IMG/VR virus record: IMGVR_UViG_3300038797_000068
Location: 1 to 24,749 of that record
Reading direction: 5' to 3' (one strand)
From: a virus
Taxonomy: Duplodnaviria; Caudoviricetes
DNA length: 24,749 bases
Each line of letters begins with the position of its first letter. Position 1 is the stretch's first letter. Under the pieces are notes generated by a model. The model worked only from the letters and a program-made list of their open reading frames with translations, searched no databases and had not been told where the DNA came from. Positions 15,645 through 24,749 of the stretch are shown here, piece after piece. Made by a program: the position numbers and the translations under genes.

Positions 15645-16755
15645 CTTTTTTGTCCTCTTCCCCAATGGCTTCAGCCCAGATGTTCCGGCCACCCTTCTTG
15701 CCCTTCTTCTCCTTTTTGGAGTCGGGCGGTTCCGGGGAAAAAGCCTGCGGGCTGACGATGTCGAGCTTCGTTGTGGTGCCACCCTCGCCACGCTCATAGG
15801 TCGCTTGGCGAATGATCATTTGGCCATCCAGGCGCAGCCACGGAGACCTGACCTGAACCAGCATCCCCGGCTCCCACAGCGGGCCGCCCGGCGTTTGTCT
15901 CCAGCCTTGAACCGTGATCGACGCGGAAGCCGATTTACCCAGGCGGCTGTTGGCCTCCCAAGTAGCCCGCTCCTGGGCGCTGCCGCTCGAACTACCGGAT
16001 TCGGCAATGACCAGTAGCGGCCGGTACCGTCGAACCCCGCTGTCACTGGCACCACCCTCAATGTGAGCCTCGGTATCGCCTTCGCTGTCGGGGCTGTACG
16101 CGGCCTGACCTTTGACCAGGTAGTTCCGAAAGCGCTGGCTGTGGTCGATGCTCCCCGAGGCGCTGAGAATGTTTTCTCCCTGGACCAACCCCACCGATGC
16201 TCGCTTGTTGCCGGCGCGAGTGATCAGCAGCCCACCCGCGCCGTCCGGCATCAGCAGCAGCCGCCGTTGCCGGGCGTAGCGCTCGATCGCTTCGAAAGCA
16301 GTCTCGCCCTGCTGCAGCTTGCACACGGAAAAGACAGCCCCCACCGGCACGTCAGCTGATACGCCAACGCCAAACGGCTTGGCCAGGGTCTGGGCAAACC
16401 TCAGGAGATCGATGTTCTTCCACTCGTCCGGCGTGTGCACGGCACTGCAATCAATCAGGTCCGCCGTTTTGTCCCGGCCCTGAATGTTGATGGTGTGGTC
16501 ATTCGCGCTATAAGAGGGCCTGAAGATGTCGACGTAGCCGATCACCATGGGCACCCCGCCCAGGCGGACTTCGCAGCGATCACCAGGCAGGATTGGCCAC
16601 GGCTCTTCCTGCGCCGCCATTCCGTCCTGCCCTTCCCAGCGCTCTGTGAGCGTCACGGTGAATGCACCCGATGACGCATCAACCGCCCGGGTCACGCCGA
16701 TCTGCGTCCAACCCGCGTAATTCATCCCGTTGACCAGCAGCTCCAGGTCATCCAT
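15637..16755 (-). CDS. Baseplate hub protein (Mu gpP/gp44-like)
   Basis: Start MDDLELLVNG; GRDKTADLIDCS, GET and GENILS motifs. Confidence 0.88.
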   Translation of the reverse strand: MDDLELLVNGMNYAGWTQIGVTRAVDASSGAFTVTLTERWEGQDGMAAQEEPWPILPGDRCEVRLGGVPMVIGYVDIFRPSYSANDHTINIQGRDKTADLIDCSAVHTPDEWKNIDLLRFAQTLAKPFGVGVSADVPVGAVFSVCKLQQGETAFEAIERYARQRRLLLMPDGAGGLLITRAGNKRASVGLVQGENILSASGSIDHSQRFRNYLVKGQAAYSPDSEGDTEAHIEGGASDSGVRRYRPLLVIAESGSSSGSAQERATWEANSRLGKSASASITVQGWRQTPGGPLWEPGMLVQVRSPWLRLDGQMIIRQATYERGEGGTTTKLDIVSPQAFSPEPPDSKKEKKGKKGGRNIWAEAIGEEDKKDG

Positions 16756-17998
16756 TTGCAAGAACCTCAAGCTGTTTCCCGCCGGTCAGGAACCCCGGCC
16801 GGCGCGGATCGTTGCGCGTCACGATGTCCTCGGCCCGGCTGGCATCGCCGTAGAGCTGGTAAGCCACAACGAGTGACGGGAGCGTCTGCCGGGGTGCGAA
16901 AGTTGCCAAGCGTGGTAGATCCTGCTCAGGATCTGGAACGGCCTGGACGACCGCCGTCCTCAAATCAGTCACCGCGACATAGACCAGATCGCTGTTCGTT
17001 GTCTCGCTTTCATCATCCAGGCTGTCGGCGAGCTCGGTCCGCACGGCAATGGCCGCTTCGTAACTGTCGTACTTCGTGGGTTCCGACGCGGTCTTGGTGC
17101 CACCGTTGGAGACGTCCTCAGTGGTCTGCGTGACAACCGCAGCAACCGCAGCCTGAGAAATGGCCGCCTGGCGCACAAGGCCGGAAACGGCATTGGTGTT
17201 CTTCACCACCTGCTGCCGGCTGGGCGTCTGGGTGCTGGACCCGCTGTCGCCGCTCGAAAAATACTGGTTGTACAAGCTCATCAGCATCCCGAAGGCGCTG
17301 CCACCGAAGGCAGAACGGATGCTGCTGATCGCATCCACGACCTGATCGGCAAACTCGAACGGTTTCTGTATCAGGTCGAACGCATCCGATCCGATGCTCT
17401 TGACCTTGCCGTAATAGTCGGACACCGCCTGGATATCACTGGAGACGATGAATTCCGGAGAACTCAGAAAATCGCTCAGACCCTGGAGTTGCGACGTTGC
17501 TGACTCGGCCACGAACGATGGGTAACCCTTGGTTAGGAAATCCGACACGAAGTTTTCTTTTCCGGCCTCAGTGACTTCACCCGCCTTCGCGCTGATGGCG
17601 TTAACAGTGTCGACTTTGGCCGATGGGTATGACGCCTCGCCAGCTTCGAGGAAAGTCATCGTGAGAGTGCACTTACCACCCTCTTCCGACGCTTCGCTGA
17701 CGGTGAGCCCGCGGCAAACTACTGTCAGCTCCCCACGATACGGATGGACCAGCACTCCGGGCCCGGCCTGCTCGCAGGCCTTGATCAGCTCTTCACGAGC
17801 CACATCGTATTCCCGCCCTAGCAGATACCCCGTGATACCGAATTCCCGCGACTTGCGCCCCAGGTCCTCGGTATACGGAATATCACGTAGCGCGGTTTCG
17901 TGAACCGCCTGGCGCCGGCCGTGACTGCTGTCTGCCGTAGCCACAAAAAAGCCCACGCCGCGAAAGCTCGCGGCGCGGTAGTTGTCTCGCCAACCCAT
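16748..17998 (-). CDS. Mu gpN-like DNA circularisation/tail protein
   Basis: WRDNYRAASFRGVGF, EDLGR, GPGVLVHPYRG and C-terminal AYQLYGDASRAEDI motifs. Confidence 0.9.
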   Translation of the reverse strand: MGWRDNYRAASFRGVGFFVATADSSHGRRQAVHETALRDIPYTEDLGRKSREFGITGYLLGREYDVAREELIKACEQAGPGVLVHPYRGELTVVCRGLTVSEASEEGGKCTLTMTFLEAGEASYPSAKVDTVNAISAKAGEVTEAGKENFVSDFLTKGYPSFVAESATSQLQGLSDFLSSPEFIVSSDIQAVSDYYGKVKSIGSDAFDLIQKPFEFADQVVDAISSIRSAFGGSAFGMLMSLYNQYFSSGDSGSSTQTPSRQQVVKNTNAVSGLVRQAAISQAAVAAVVTQTTEDVSNGGTKTASEPTKYDSYEAAIAVRTELADSLDDESETTNSDLVYVAVTDLRTAVVQAVPDPEQDLPRLATFAPRQTLPSLVVAYQLYGDASRAEDIVTRNDPRRPGFLTGGKQLEVLANG

Positions 17999-18010
17999 GG
18001 GAAGCTCCGG

Positions 18011-19693
18011 TTATGGGGCCATCATCGAATAACCGATGTCGGTGTCGAAGGTCGCCCCCTGGCTGCCCTCGGTCTTCACCTTGGAGCCAGCCGGGACGTT
18101 GTTCAGGTCCACCTGCACCCGGACCGCTTGCGGCGGTTGGGCCATTTGCTGAACTGCGTTCTGGCCGATCTGCGCTGCGCGACGACCGAGGTCGGTATCC
18201 GCGGCACCGGTGGCAGCCGATGGCCTACCGCCATCTGCTCCGCCGACGCTGGCACCATCAATACCGAGGATGTTCTTCGCCCAGTCGGGCAACCCGTTCT
18301 TGATCGCGGCGACCGCCTCGGAGATTTTCGCGCCAAGAATTGCGCCAAGGTCCCAGCCCGTCAGGTATTTCAGCAGCCCATTGAAGCTCTCCATCATCAA
18401 CGTGACCGGGTTGAATTCTTGCCACAGCTTCCAGATGCCATTGACGATCCCGCCATTGAAGGCGGCTTTCACGCCAGCCCACTTTTCCTCGAAGAACGAA
18501 ACGATGTTGTCCCAGTTCTTGTAGATGACGAAAGCCGCCGCGCCGATAGCCACCACCGCGGCAAGGAACCAGCCGACAGGTGTAAGGGCGATGGTGACGC
18601 CCAGACCTTTCAACGCCACGGCCAGATTCAGAATGGCCAAAAGGAATCCGCCACCGATGTACAGGCCAAGGGCCGTGAACACCAAGTTCGCCGCACCGAA
18701 TGTATCCGACAGCGAGCTGAAGATCTGGATCACCGGCTGAACGCCGTCGTACAGGTCACCGAGGAAACCAGTAATCCGCTCGATATTTCCGGGCAGGTTC
18801 GCTGCAAACGACGTGGCGAAAGCCTCGATCTGAGGCCGGTATTTGACGATAGTCTCGATCAATTGCGAGCCCAGCTTATTCAGCTGAGGCACCAGGGCAC
18901 TGCCGATTGTGTTCCCCACACCGCTCAGCGCTGCGTGAATGGTGTCGAGCGTATCGCCGAAGGCTTCACCCTCGCGCACCGCGTCATCGGAAATGACCAA
19001 CCCCAGGCGACGAGCCTCGTCGGACATTTCCTTGAGCCCGGCGCTGCCGCCACGAATCAGCGGTAGCAGTTCGGTTGCGCTTTTCCCGAATATCTTCACG
19101 GCGGCCTGGGCCTGCAGCGATGGGTCTTTGATCTTCGAGATCCGATCGACGAAGGTATCGAACAGCGCGTCCGAGCTTTTCAGCTTGCCGGATGCATCCT
19201 TGATGTTGATGCCCAGGCCCTTGAACATTTCCTTGAGTTCTTTCGAGCCCGCTGTCGCGGCACCGACGTTGATCTGCATCTTCTGCAGAGCACCGCCCAG
19301 CGTTTCTGCCGACGACCCTGTCAGTTTCGCGGCAAAGCCCAGTTCCTGGAACCGCTCACGGCTGATACCGGTCCGCTCGGCGGTATCGCCGATAGCCCCG
19401 GTCGCGTCCGCGAACCCTTGGAAAAAACTGTTCAGCGCCGCGCCGGTGATACCCAGCGTGGCGCCCAACGCAAGCAACCGTTTCGCGCTCGAGTCGACGG
19501 CCTTGCCCACGCCAGCCACGGCACCGCCGACATTCTTCAAGCTGTTAGTGAAAATTGGCAGGCCGGTACGGTCAAGCGCCCCGGTGATACCGGCGCTCGC
19601 GGCCTTCACCTTGCCGAAGATCCCTCGCAACGGCGCCGTCACCCGGTCAACCGCCTTGATGATGACGTTTAGGGAGTAGCCTTTGTCTGCCAT
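18011..19693 (-). CDS. Tail tape measure protein (560 aa)
   Basis: Ala/Gly-rich helical protein starting [10 protein letters not shown], with central hydrophobic segments and W-spaced repeats; lies between the chaperone and gpN. Confidence 0.85.
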   Translation of the reverse strand: MADKGYSLNVIIKAVDRVTAPLRGIFGKVKAASAGITGALDRTGLPIFTNSLKNVGGAVAGVGKAVDSSAKRLLALGATLGITGAALNSFFQGFADATGAIGDTAERTGISRERFQELGFAAKLTGSSAETLGGALQKMQINVGAATAGSKELKEMFKGLGINIKDASGKLKSSDALFDTFVDRISKIKDPSLQAQAAVKIFGKSATELLPLIRGGSAGLKEMSDEARRLGLVISDDAVREGEAFGDTLDTIHAALSGVGNTIGSALVPQLNKLGSQLIETIVKYRPQIEAFATSFAANLPGNIERITGFLGDLYDGVQPVIQIFSSLSDTFGAANLVFTALGLYIGGGFLLAILNLAVALKGLGVTIALTPVGWFLAAVVAIGAAAFVIYKNWDNIVSFFEEKWAGVKAAFNGGIVNGIWKLWQEFNPVTLMMESFNGLLKYLTGWDLGAILGAKISEAVAAIKNGLPDWAKNILGIDGASVGGADGGRPSAATGAADTDLGRRAAQIGQNAVQQMAQPPQAVRVQVDLNNVPAGSKVKTEGSQGATFDTDIGYSMMAP

Positions 19694-19833
19694 TCAACCC
19701 ATTCCTCGGTGCGTTCAAGCCACCAGTTCAGCTCGTCGAAATCCATTTCCATGACTTCCGACGGCTGTACGCTCATGACCTTGACGACAACAGTCACTCC
19801 TGACTGCCACCCCCGAGGTGCTTCAGCAAAAAA
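19669..19833 (-). CDS. -1 frameshift extension of the tail chaperone (gpE'/GT-like)
   Basis: Slippery T TTT TTG at 19833-19827. The -1 frame reads [53 protein letters not shown] and has the gpE'-like PSE..M...EL..W motif. Confidence 0.78.
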   Translation of the reverse strand, partial: FFAEAPRGWQSGVTVVVKVMSVQPSEVMEMDFDELNWWLERTEEWVEWQTKATP

Positions 19834-20096
19834 TCGCGTGCCTCCTGAATCACGGCGGCCTGGTCGTCCTCGCTCAGCTCTTCGATCAATGCCGGTGGAT
19901 GACCGACCATCTTGGCGCCGAGGTCAATGAGCGTGGCGAAGTCGATGTCGACGCCGCCGCTACCCTTGCCGTCGGAAGTCACGCGAAGCGCGTGGCCGCG
20001 CAGGTACTTGAGCTTGCGAGTGACGGTCAGTTCGCTGAACGTGTCTTTGCCGAAGGTGACCTGCTTGAGCAGTTGAATCGTTTTTTCCTTTGCCAT
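19794..20096 (-). CDS. Tail assembly chaperone (Mu gp41/P2 gpE-like)
   Basis: 100 aa between tube and tape measure, with IEELSEDD motif and the slippery site near its end. Confidence 0.8.
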   Translation of the reverse strand: MAKEKTIQLLKQVTFGKDTFSELTVTRKLKYLRGHALRVTSDGKGSGGVDIDFATLIDLGAKMVGHPPALIEELSEDDQAAVIQEARDFLLKHLGGGSQE

Positions 20097-20464
20097 TACT
20101 TCACTTCCTCGGCAGACATGCCTTCAAAACGGCAAGCGATGTTGCCTTCTTCGGTGTTGCCGGTGCCCTCGCCCGCGTACCAGGCTTCGCTCAGCGCGAT
20201 GACCTTGCCATTTGCGAGTTCCAGCGTGATGGTTGCCTCGTCGAGCGTGACCAGGTCTTCGAGACTCAGCTCGTTTCGATCAGTGATCTCGCCCTCGATG
20301 AAGGGAACCTGAGGGGTTTCCTTGTAGCCATGCACGACATCGGAGCCGACGATGCCTTCGCGTTTCGGCTTGCCGAGGTTGTAGGTGAAATTGCCCTTGG
20401 CGAAATAGATATCGCCGTTGACCTTCAAGGCGATGAGTCCGCCGATACGGTTTTTGCCTGCCAT
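20096..20464 (-). CDS. Tail tube protein (Mu gpM-like)
   Basis: REGIVGSDVVHGYKE.P..PFIE and TLELANGK motifs; follows the sheath. Confidence 0.88.
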   Translation of the reverse strand: MAGKNRIGGLIALKVNGDIYFAKGNFTYNLGKPKREGIVGSDVVHGYKETPQVPFIEGEITDRNELSLEDLVTLDEATITLELANGKVIALSEAWYAGEGTGNTEEGNIACRFEGMSAEEVK

Positions 20465-20488
20465 GGTTTATCTCCTGGCGATTCGCCG

Positions 20489-21961
20489 TTACAGGCGGAA
20501 CTGAATTTTGTTGGCGACGATACGCAGCTGGTTGACCAGGTCCGGCGGGAACAACGTATCCATACGGTTCGGATCGCTTTCGTTGCGCTCGCTGATCATG
20601 TTGGCCTTGAAGTCCGCCATGTTCTCAACCAGGCCGAGACGCTCCCACTCGCGGAACTTCGAAATGCCTTCCGCTTTCAGCACTACCGGGGTGACGACAG
20701 GTTGACCAACGCCGTAGCGCGTGCCGTCGTCTGCCAGCTTGTGCCGTGGATACTTGCGCAGGATGTAGTCGCGCCAGTCGTGACGGATGTACATCAGGGT
20801 GAACAGCGTCTCGCTGTCCAGGTAGCTGATATCGTTGCCGCCGGCGGTATTGGTTTTGTAGGTGGTGATCAGGCGCTCAACAACCATCGTGCCGTCGTTG
20901 TTAACCTTGCTCGTCGTGACGCCATCGAACAGCAGGAGATTGCGCTCTTTGTTGGTGAACTTGTCAGCCGCCGCTGGTGCCAGGCACCACGCGTATTGCA
21001 GGTTCTGAACCGGACGAGCCGGGTCAATGGCGACGTAAAGAGCAGCGATGGCCATGGTTTCGGCCGCTTTTTCATACGCCGGCATAGGCTCATCATTGGC
21101 CATCATGATGACCAGGTGCGGGTTGTTGTGGCTGTTACCCAGGCTAGCGAGCGAACCCTGGCTGCCACGAGCCGCTGTGAAGGCGTGGGCTTCGATTTCG
21201 CGATCCCAGGCAAACCGGCTGTTGAGCTCGGTTTTAACCGTTGCCAGCGTCGCGGCGTCCGAATACGGAACACCCCAGACATGGAGCCACTCATCACCCA
21301 GTGCAGCGAGAGCGGCGGCCAAATCCGGATTGCCGGAACCGCCGGCGAAAGCGCTGATGGTTACCGCGACACCAGCAGGCAAAACTTGACCGGTGTAGTA
21401 ATTGACCCGGGCATCCAGGGTGTTCCCAGCCTCGCCCTTGTGACGGCTGGTCAGCGTGACGGTGCCCGTGGACGCAGTGGCGGTGACAGGCATGTCATCA
21501 GCAGCAGTGACCGCCGCGACCACGGCAGTTGCTATGGCTGTCGCTGCATCACCACTGAGCACACCAACAGAAACACGGCGGCCAGCGATCATCAGTTCAA
21601 TGGTGCCCGAAGCAGTCGCTGGGCCGGTGAATGCCAGGGTGGCGGTGGCTGCGACGCCGGCAACATTGTCGCTCACCGGTAGCACTTGCAGTTCGGTATA
21701 AGTGTCGATGGCCATCGCAGCGCGAACCATACCTGCCAGCATCGAGCCTTTGCCAAACTGGATGTCGGCCTGTGCCGGGCTGGTGATGCGAATCAGGGTG
21801 TCGGCTGCGGCCAGTCCTGCGGCGAGCTTTTGGCCAATCAGCAACCGGCGATAGCTGACAGGTTGAGGCCCGCGCACCGCCTTGCTGTTGTCGATTTCGC
21901 TGTAGACACCGGGCTTACGAAGAGCGCCGGCACCAGGGATCGTATCCATTCCAATGGTCAT
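20489..21961 (-). CDS. Tail sheath protein (Mu gpL-like)
   Basis: PGVYSEIDNSKA, FGKGSMLA.M, DPARP, RLITTY, YLDSET, KLADDG and DLVNQLRI motifs. Confidence 0.93.
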   Translation of the reverse strand: MTIGMDTIPGAGALRKPGVYSEIDNSKAVRGPQPVSYRRLLIGQKLAAGLAAADTLIRITSPAQADIQFGKGSMLAGMVRAAMAIDTYTELQVLPVSDNVAGVAATATLAFTGPATASGTIELMIAGRRVSVGVLSGDAATAIATAVVAAVTAADDMPVTATASTGTVTLTSRHKGEAGNTLDARVNYYTGQVLPAGVAVTISAFAGGSGNPDLAAALAALGDEWLHVWGVPYSDAATLATVKTELNSRFAWDREIEAHAFTAARGSQGSLASLGNSHNNPHLVIMMANDEPMPAYEKAAETMAIAALYVAIDPARPVQNLQYAWCLAPAAADKFTNKERNLLLFDGVTTSKVNNDGTMVVERLITTYKTNTAGGNDISYLDSETLFTLMYIRHDWRDYILRKYPRHKLADDGTRYGVGQPVVTPVVLKAEGISKFREWERLGLVENMADFKANMISERNESDPNRMDTLFPPDLVNQLRIVANKIQFRL

Positions 21962-22146
21962 TGTTTTTCACCCTTGGTTTCGGCCGGTACCGCAGCCTCT
22001 TTGATCACGACGTCACCGGCCTTTTCCTTGCGGATCCAGTAACTGTTGAGTTCTACAGTCGCGCCTTCCGGCTTGATCTGTTCGTAGGTGTCTGGATGTC
22101 GCACCAGGCGGCCCTCGGCCGGTCTCACGAGCACACGCGTGGTCAT
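21958..22146 (-). CDS. DUF2635 / Mu gp38-like small tail protein
   Basis: VRPAEGRLVRHP...YWIRKEKAGDV; overlaps the sheath start. Confidence 0.82.
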   Translation of the reverse strand: MTTRVLVRPAEGRLVRHPDTYEQIKPEGATVELNSYWIRKEKAGDVVIKEAAVPAETKGEKQ

Positions 22147-22697
22147 GGGTTTAAGTCCTCGATGATGGTTTTTGCGCGGTCAGCCGGATCAGGCTGCGCA
22201 TTGCCAAGGCTGTACTCGGTTTTGATCGAGTTCAGATCCGGCAGGCTTTCGTTGAAAAGGTCGTCGGGGTGACGGTCGAAGTACTCAGCCTCGAAGATGA
22301 GGCGGCAGGCACCGGTCAGATGCTCTGATTGGTCGAGCAGTACCATGCGGGAGCGCACGTATTGCAGATCGTTGACGGTGTCGCCGAGCGTGTCATCCAT
22401 GAGCAGCAGCCTTTCGACTTGCCGGGCCAGCGTATCCAGCGTGTCGTCCAGCGCATCGTTTCCTTCGGCGTGAATCTCCACCACCAGTTCTACCCGGCGC
22501 CGGTACTCCCGGGGCGCCTGGTTAAAGATCTCGCCGGATTCGTCCATCGTGTAAACGATGATCGCGGGGAGTTCGCTCTGCCATCCGTTGGAAATGAGCG
22601 GCGCTACTCGACTGGCATAAACGCTTGCCCCGGCATTGGTGGCACCCATCAAGACAGCAACGGCCTGCTTGCGGATCAGTTCTCTTGGGTGAGCCAT
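22143..22697 (-). CDS. Probable tail terminator/completion protein
   Basis: HPRELIRKQAV...ELPAIIVYT..E, in the neck position; ATG at 22697. Confidence 0.65.
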   Translation of the reverse strand: MAHPRELIRKQAVAVLMGATNAGASVYASRVAPLISNGWQSELPAIIVYTMDESGEIFNQAPREYRRRVELVVEIHAEGNDALDDTLDTLARQVERLLLMDDTLGDTVNDLQYVRSRMVLLDQSEHLTGACRLIFEAEYFDRHPDDLFNESLPDLNSIKTEYSLGNAQPDPADRAKTIIEDLNP

Positions 22698-22699
22698 TT

Positions 22700-23047
22700 T
22701 CAAACCTTCCGGAGGGTAATCGTTACGCCAGCCACGCCATCAAATTGGGGTTCGTTGATCATGTACAACACACCGCGCGCCCGAACTCGGTCACGGTTTG
22801 TTGGGTTGTTTGGCAGATCAATCAGACGGACGCCGAGGATCGGGCTATTGGTCGATACCGGTGCGCCCGTTTCTGGATCAACAGTAACGTGAGCGGTATC
22901 GAACACGGCTTGGGCCAGCGGTACGCCGGGTTCGATTCCATTGGTCAGCCAGTACACAGCCCCCAATGGATCAAGGGTCGCGGTTGGCTCGCTGAAGGTA
23001 CGGATCGAAACACCGAGCATGCGCTGGGCCATGGAGGCCCAGCCCAT
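22700..23047 (-). CDS. Head-tail joining protein (lambda gpFII-like)
   Basis: 115-aa beta-rich protein ending DRV...GVLYMI.E.Q.DG....ITL; follows the DUF2190-like gene. Confidence 0.65.
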   Translation of the reverse strand: MGWASMAQRMLGVSIRTFSEPTATLDPLGAVYWLTNGIEPGVPLAQAVFDTAHVTVDPETGAPVSTNSPILGVRLIDLPNNPTNRDRVRARGVLYMINEPQFDGVAGVTITLRKV

Positions 23048-23397
23048 TACACCGGCGCCGGGGCAGAAACGCCGTTGAGACGGCAGGCGCCGGTCGCGCT
23101 CGGGTTGGCCGCGATCTCGGTTGCCACACCCACCAGCACCAGGCCGGTTGCAGAAACGTTGGTTAGCGCCCGGCTGGTGGTGTTCATGTAGATCAGATCG
23201 CCCTGAGCCCAGGCCTGCGCACTGATTTTGGTCAGGCCGAACACACCGCAGAGCTTCAGCACTACCGATGCGCCTGCTGCTTCAGTGGTGGCCGCAACGC
23301 CAATGAACGCGCCGACCTTGTAGAGCTCGCCCGAGACGGTACCGCCGGCCGGGGCGATGACGGTGATGCTGTCGCCGTGCTGGATGAAAGTTTTCAT
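23047..23397 (-). CDS. DUF2190-like capsid-associated protein
   Basis: MKTFIQHGDSI...G.VSG....G...GVA......G......GVF.L.K pattern; directly after the capsid gene. Confidence 0.85.
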   Translation of the reverse strand: MKTFIQHGDSITVIAPAGGTVSGELYKVGAFIGVAATTEAAGASVVLKLCGVFGLTKISAQAWAQGDLIYMNTTSRALTNVSATGLVLVGVATEIAANPSATGACRLNGVSAPAPV

Positions 23398-23431
23398 GCA
23401 AGGTCCCCTTTAGAGACAGAAACTGGAAATC

Positions 23432-23458
23432 AAAAAGGGCGCCGCGCGGCGCCCTTTT
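23432..23458. terminator. Terminator after the capsid gene (perfect 26-bp palindrome)
   Basis: AAAAGGGCGCCGCGCGGCGCCCTTTT at 23433-23458. Confidence 0.8.
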
Positions 23459-23480
23459 GGGTTCAGATCAACCTGGCGAA

Positions 23481-24749
23481 TTACGCGCCTGGGTTTTTGT
23501 ACGCGCCGCGGTAGTCGATCCAGCCGGCGCCGAACACGAGGCGCGCCTTGATTTCCATGCCGTCGACTTCGAAGCCTTCGCGAGTTTCAGTGAACACACC
23601 CTGCTCGCCTTCGAGGTAGGCGTATTCAAAGGTGTCGACCGCACCCGGTGCTGCGTACAGGTACCACTGGTTACCGGTGATGCGAGCATCGACGATCACG
23701 GTCAGCGAAGCGTTGCGAGCATCGTTGATGTCTACGTTCTTTGCTGGCACGTAGACCGAACTGGTGAACTGGAAGGCTTCCAGTTCCTTGTCCGGACCTA
23801 CAACCAGATACTCCGGCGTCAGGTTCAGGAACTCACCGGCTTTGGTTTTCTGCTTGCGCATGGCCGCGCGGGCGGCGGCCAGAGTGGCGGTGTTGATGGC
23901 GCCACCGCTACCTGCAACGTTACCGTGAGAGGCATCGAAGATCGGGTTGCCATCGATATAGTTCGGGTTGCCGAGCAACAGGGCCCAAACCACGTTCGAT
24001 TCGGTCGAGGCCGCCGCGACGCCAAATGCAGCAGGGATGCGCGTCAAAGCACCGAGATCATCATTCACAATGGTTTCCCAAGTGATTGCGATGATGTTGC
24101 CGTATTTGGCCACCTTGATTGGAGAGCCATCCTCGGCCAGCGTGCGGTACTTGTATTCGCCGTGCTCCTTGACTTGATCCAGCGCGGAGATATCACCGAG
24201 CGCGGCACGGGTCACCGCGCGGAAGTCCGGAACCGTGGTTTGACGACCAAGCGGGCGCCAAGTTTGCGGGGCAGTGGTGTACGCATCACGCAAGGTTCGA
24301 TTGACGGTGCTACCCAACAGCAGCGGGAAATCGCTGGTAGAGTGCATACCCGCAGCGCGAACTGCTTGACGGTCGCAACCCAGGGCTGCGCGAGCAAGCT
24401 CCTGCGGAGTCATGCCGCGGACATTGCCACCGGACATCTCGACGAACTCGCGAGCCATGTCCACCAGGCGCATTCCGCGGAACTCGCGGCCAGCATCTTC
24501 GAGTTTGATTTTCGGATCGCAGCGATGCAGCAAAGCGTTCTGCATGGCTTCTCGTTTAGCCGTCAGAACGGTCAGATCTTGACCGCCAGTTACAACAGTC
24601 GGCTGGCTGCTTCGGGTGTTCGGCTGTTCCTTTGCCTGGCGCTCGGCAAGCTTGTCGATGATCGCGGCGCTGGCATCGGAGACAGGGACAGCACGAGCGA
24701 TCAGGTCCTCGACGAACACTTCGTCATCCAGACTCGCCTTGCGCGCCAT
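23481..24749 (-). CDS. Major capsid protein, probably the C-terminal part of a protease/scaffold-capsid fusion; likely 5'-truncated
   Basis: SDFPLLL, PDFR, EHGEYKY, KYG..I.ITWETIVNDDLG and D.RG.YKN motifs of Mu gpT-like/Gifsy-2-type capsids, preceded by a helical scaffold-like segment that reaches the window edge. Confidence 0.85.
   Translation of the reverse strand: MARKASLDDEVFVEDLIARAVPVSDASAAIIDKLAERQAKEQPNTRSSQPTVVTGGQDLTVLTAKREAMQNALLHRCDPKIKLEDAGREFRGMRLVDMAREFVEMSGGNVRGMTPQELARAALGCDRQAVRAAGMHSTSDFPLLLGSTVNRTLRDAYTTAPQTWRPLGRQTTVPDFRAVTRAALGDISALDQVKEHGEYKYRTLAEDGSPIKVAKYGNIIAITWETIVNDDLGALTRIPAAFGVAAASTESNVVWALLLGNPNYIDGNPIFDASHGNVAGSGGAINTATLAAARAAMRKQKTKAGEFLNLTPEYLVVGPDKELEAFQFTSSVYVPAKNVDINDARNASLTVIVDARITGNQWYLYAAPGAVDTFEYAYLEGEQGVFTETREGFEVDGMEIKARLVFGAGWIDYRGAYKNPGA

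Larger units (their letters stand above)
7530..24749 (-). mobile_element. Prophage with a Mu-like contractile tail, integrated in mutS; continues beyond the window
   Basis: Contiguous capsid-neck-tail-fibre-lysis operon that ends at the mutS breakpoint. Confidence 0.9.

Noticed and set aside
17900-21682. Plus-strand ORFs 17900..19066, 18939..19679 and 20090..21682
   Set aside because: Antisense to the tape measure, tube and sheath genes; codon-bias artefacts.

Overview
The window looks like Pseudomonas (fluorescens-group-like) DNA holding two phage-derived modules on the minus strand, joined at the 5' end of mutS. Left (1-7275): the start of an R-type tailocin cluster of the kind found at the mutS-cinA locus, with a PrtR-like repressor, a long structured leader, holin, P2-like baseplate (V, W, J, I), tail fibre, chaperone and the start of the sheath. 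Junction: 7475-7529 encodes the first 18 codons of MutS (MNKALSDLSSHTPMMQQY), then the frame leaves MutS and stops at 7585, so a prophage appears to be integrated inside mutS at the HTPMMQQY codons. Right (about 7530-24749): the late region of that prophage, with a protease/scaffold-capsid C-terminal part, neck, Mu-like contractile tail, tail fibre and chaperone, an acyltransferase-3 gene, a beta-propeller glycosidase-like gene, endolysin, Rz/Rz1 and a LexA-box-preceded gene at the att end. Other points: the two tail fibres have related tip domains, the tail chaperone has a P2-type -1 frameshift, and the tailocin leader looks like an antitermination RNA. All product calls come from motif recognition and gene order; no searches were run.
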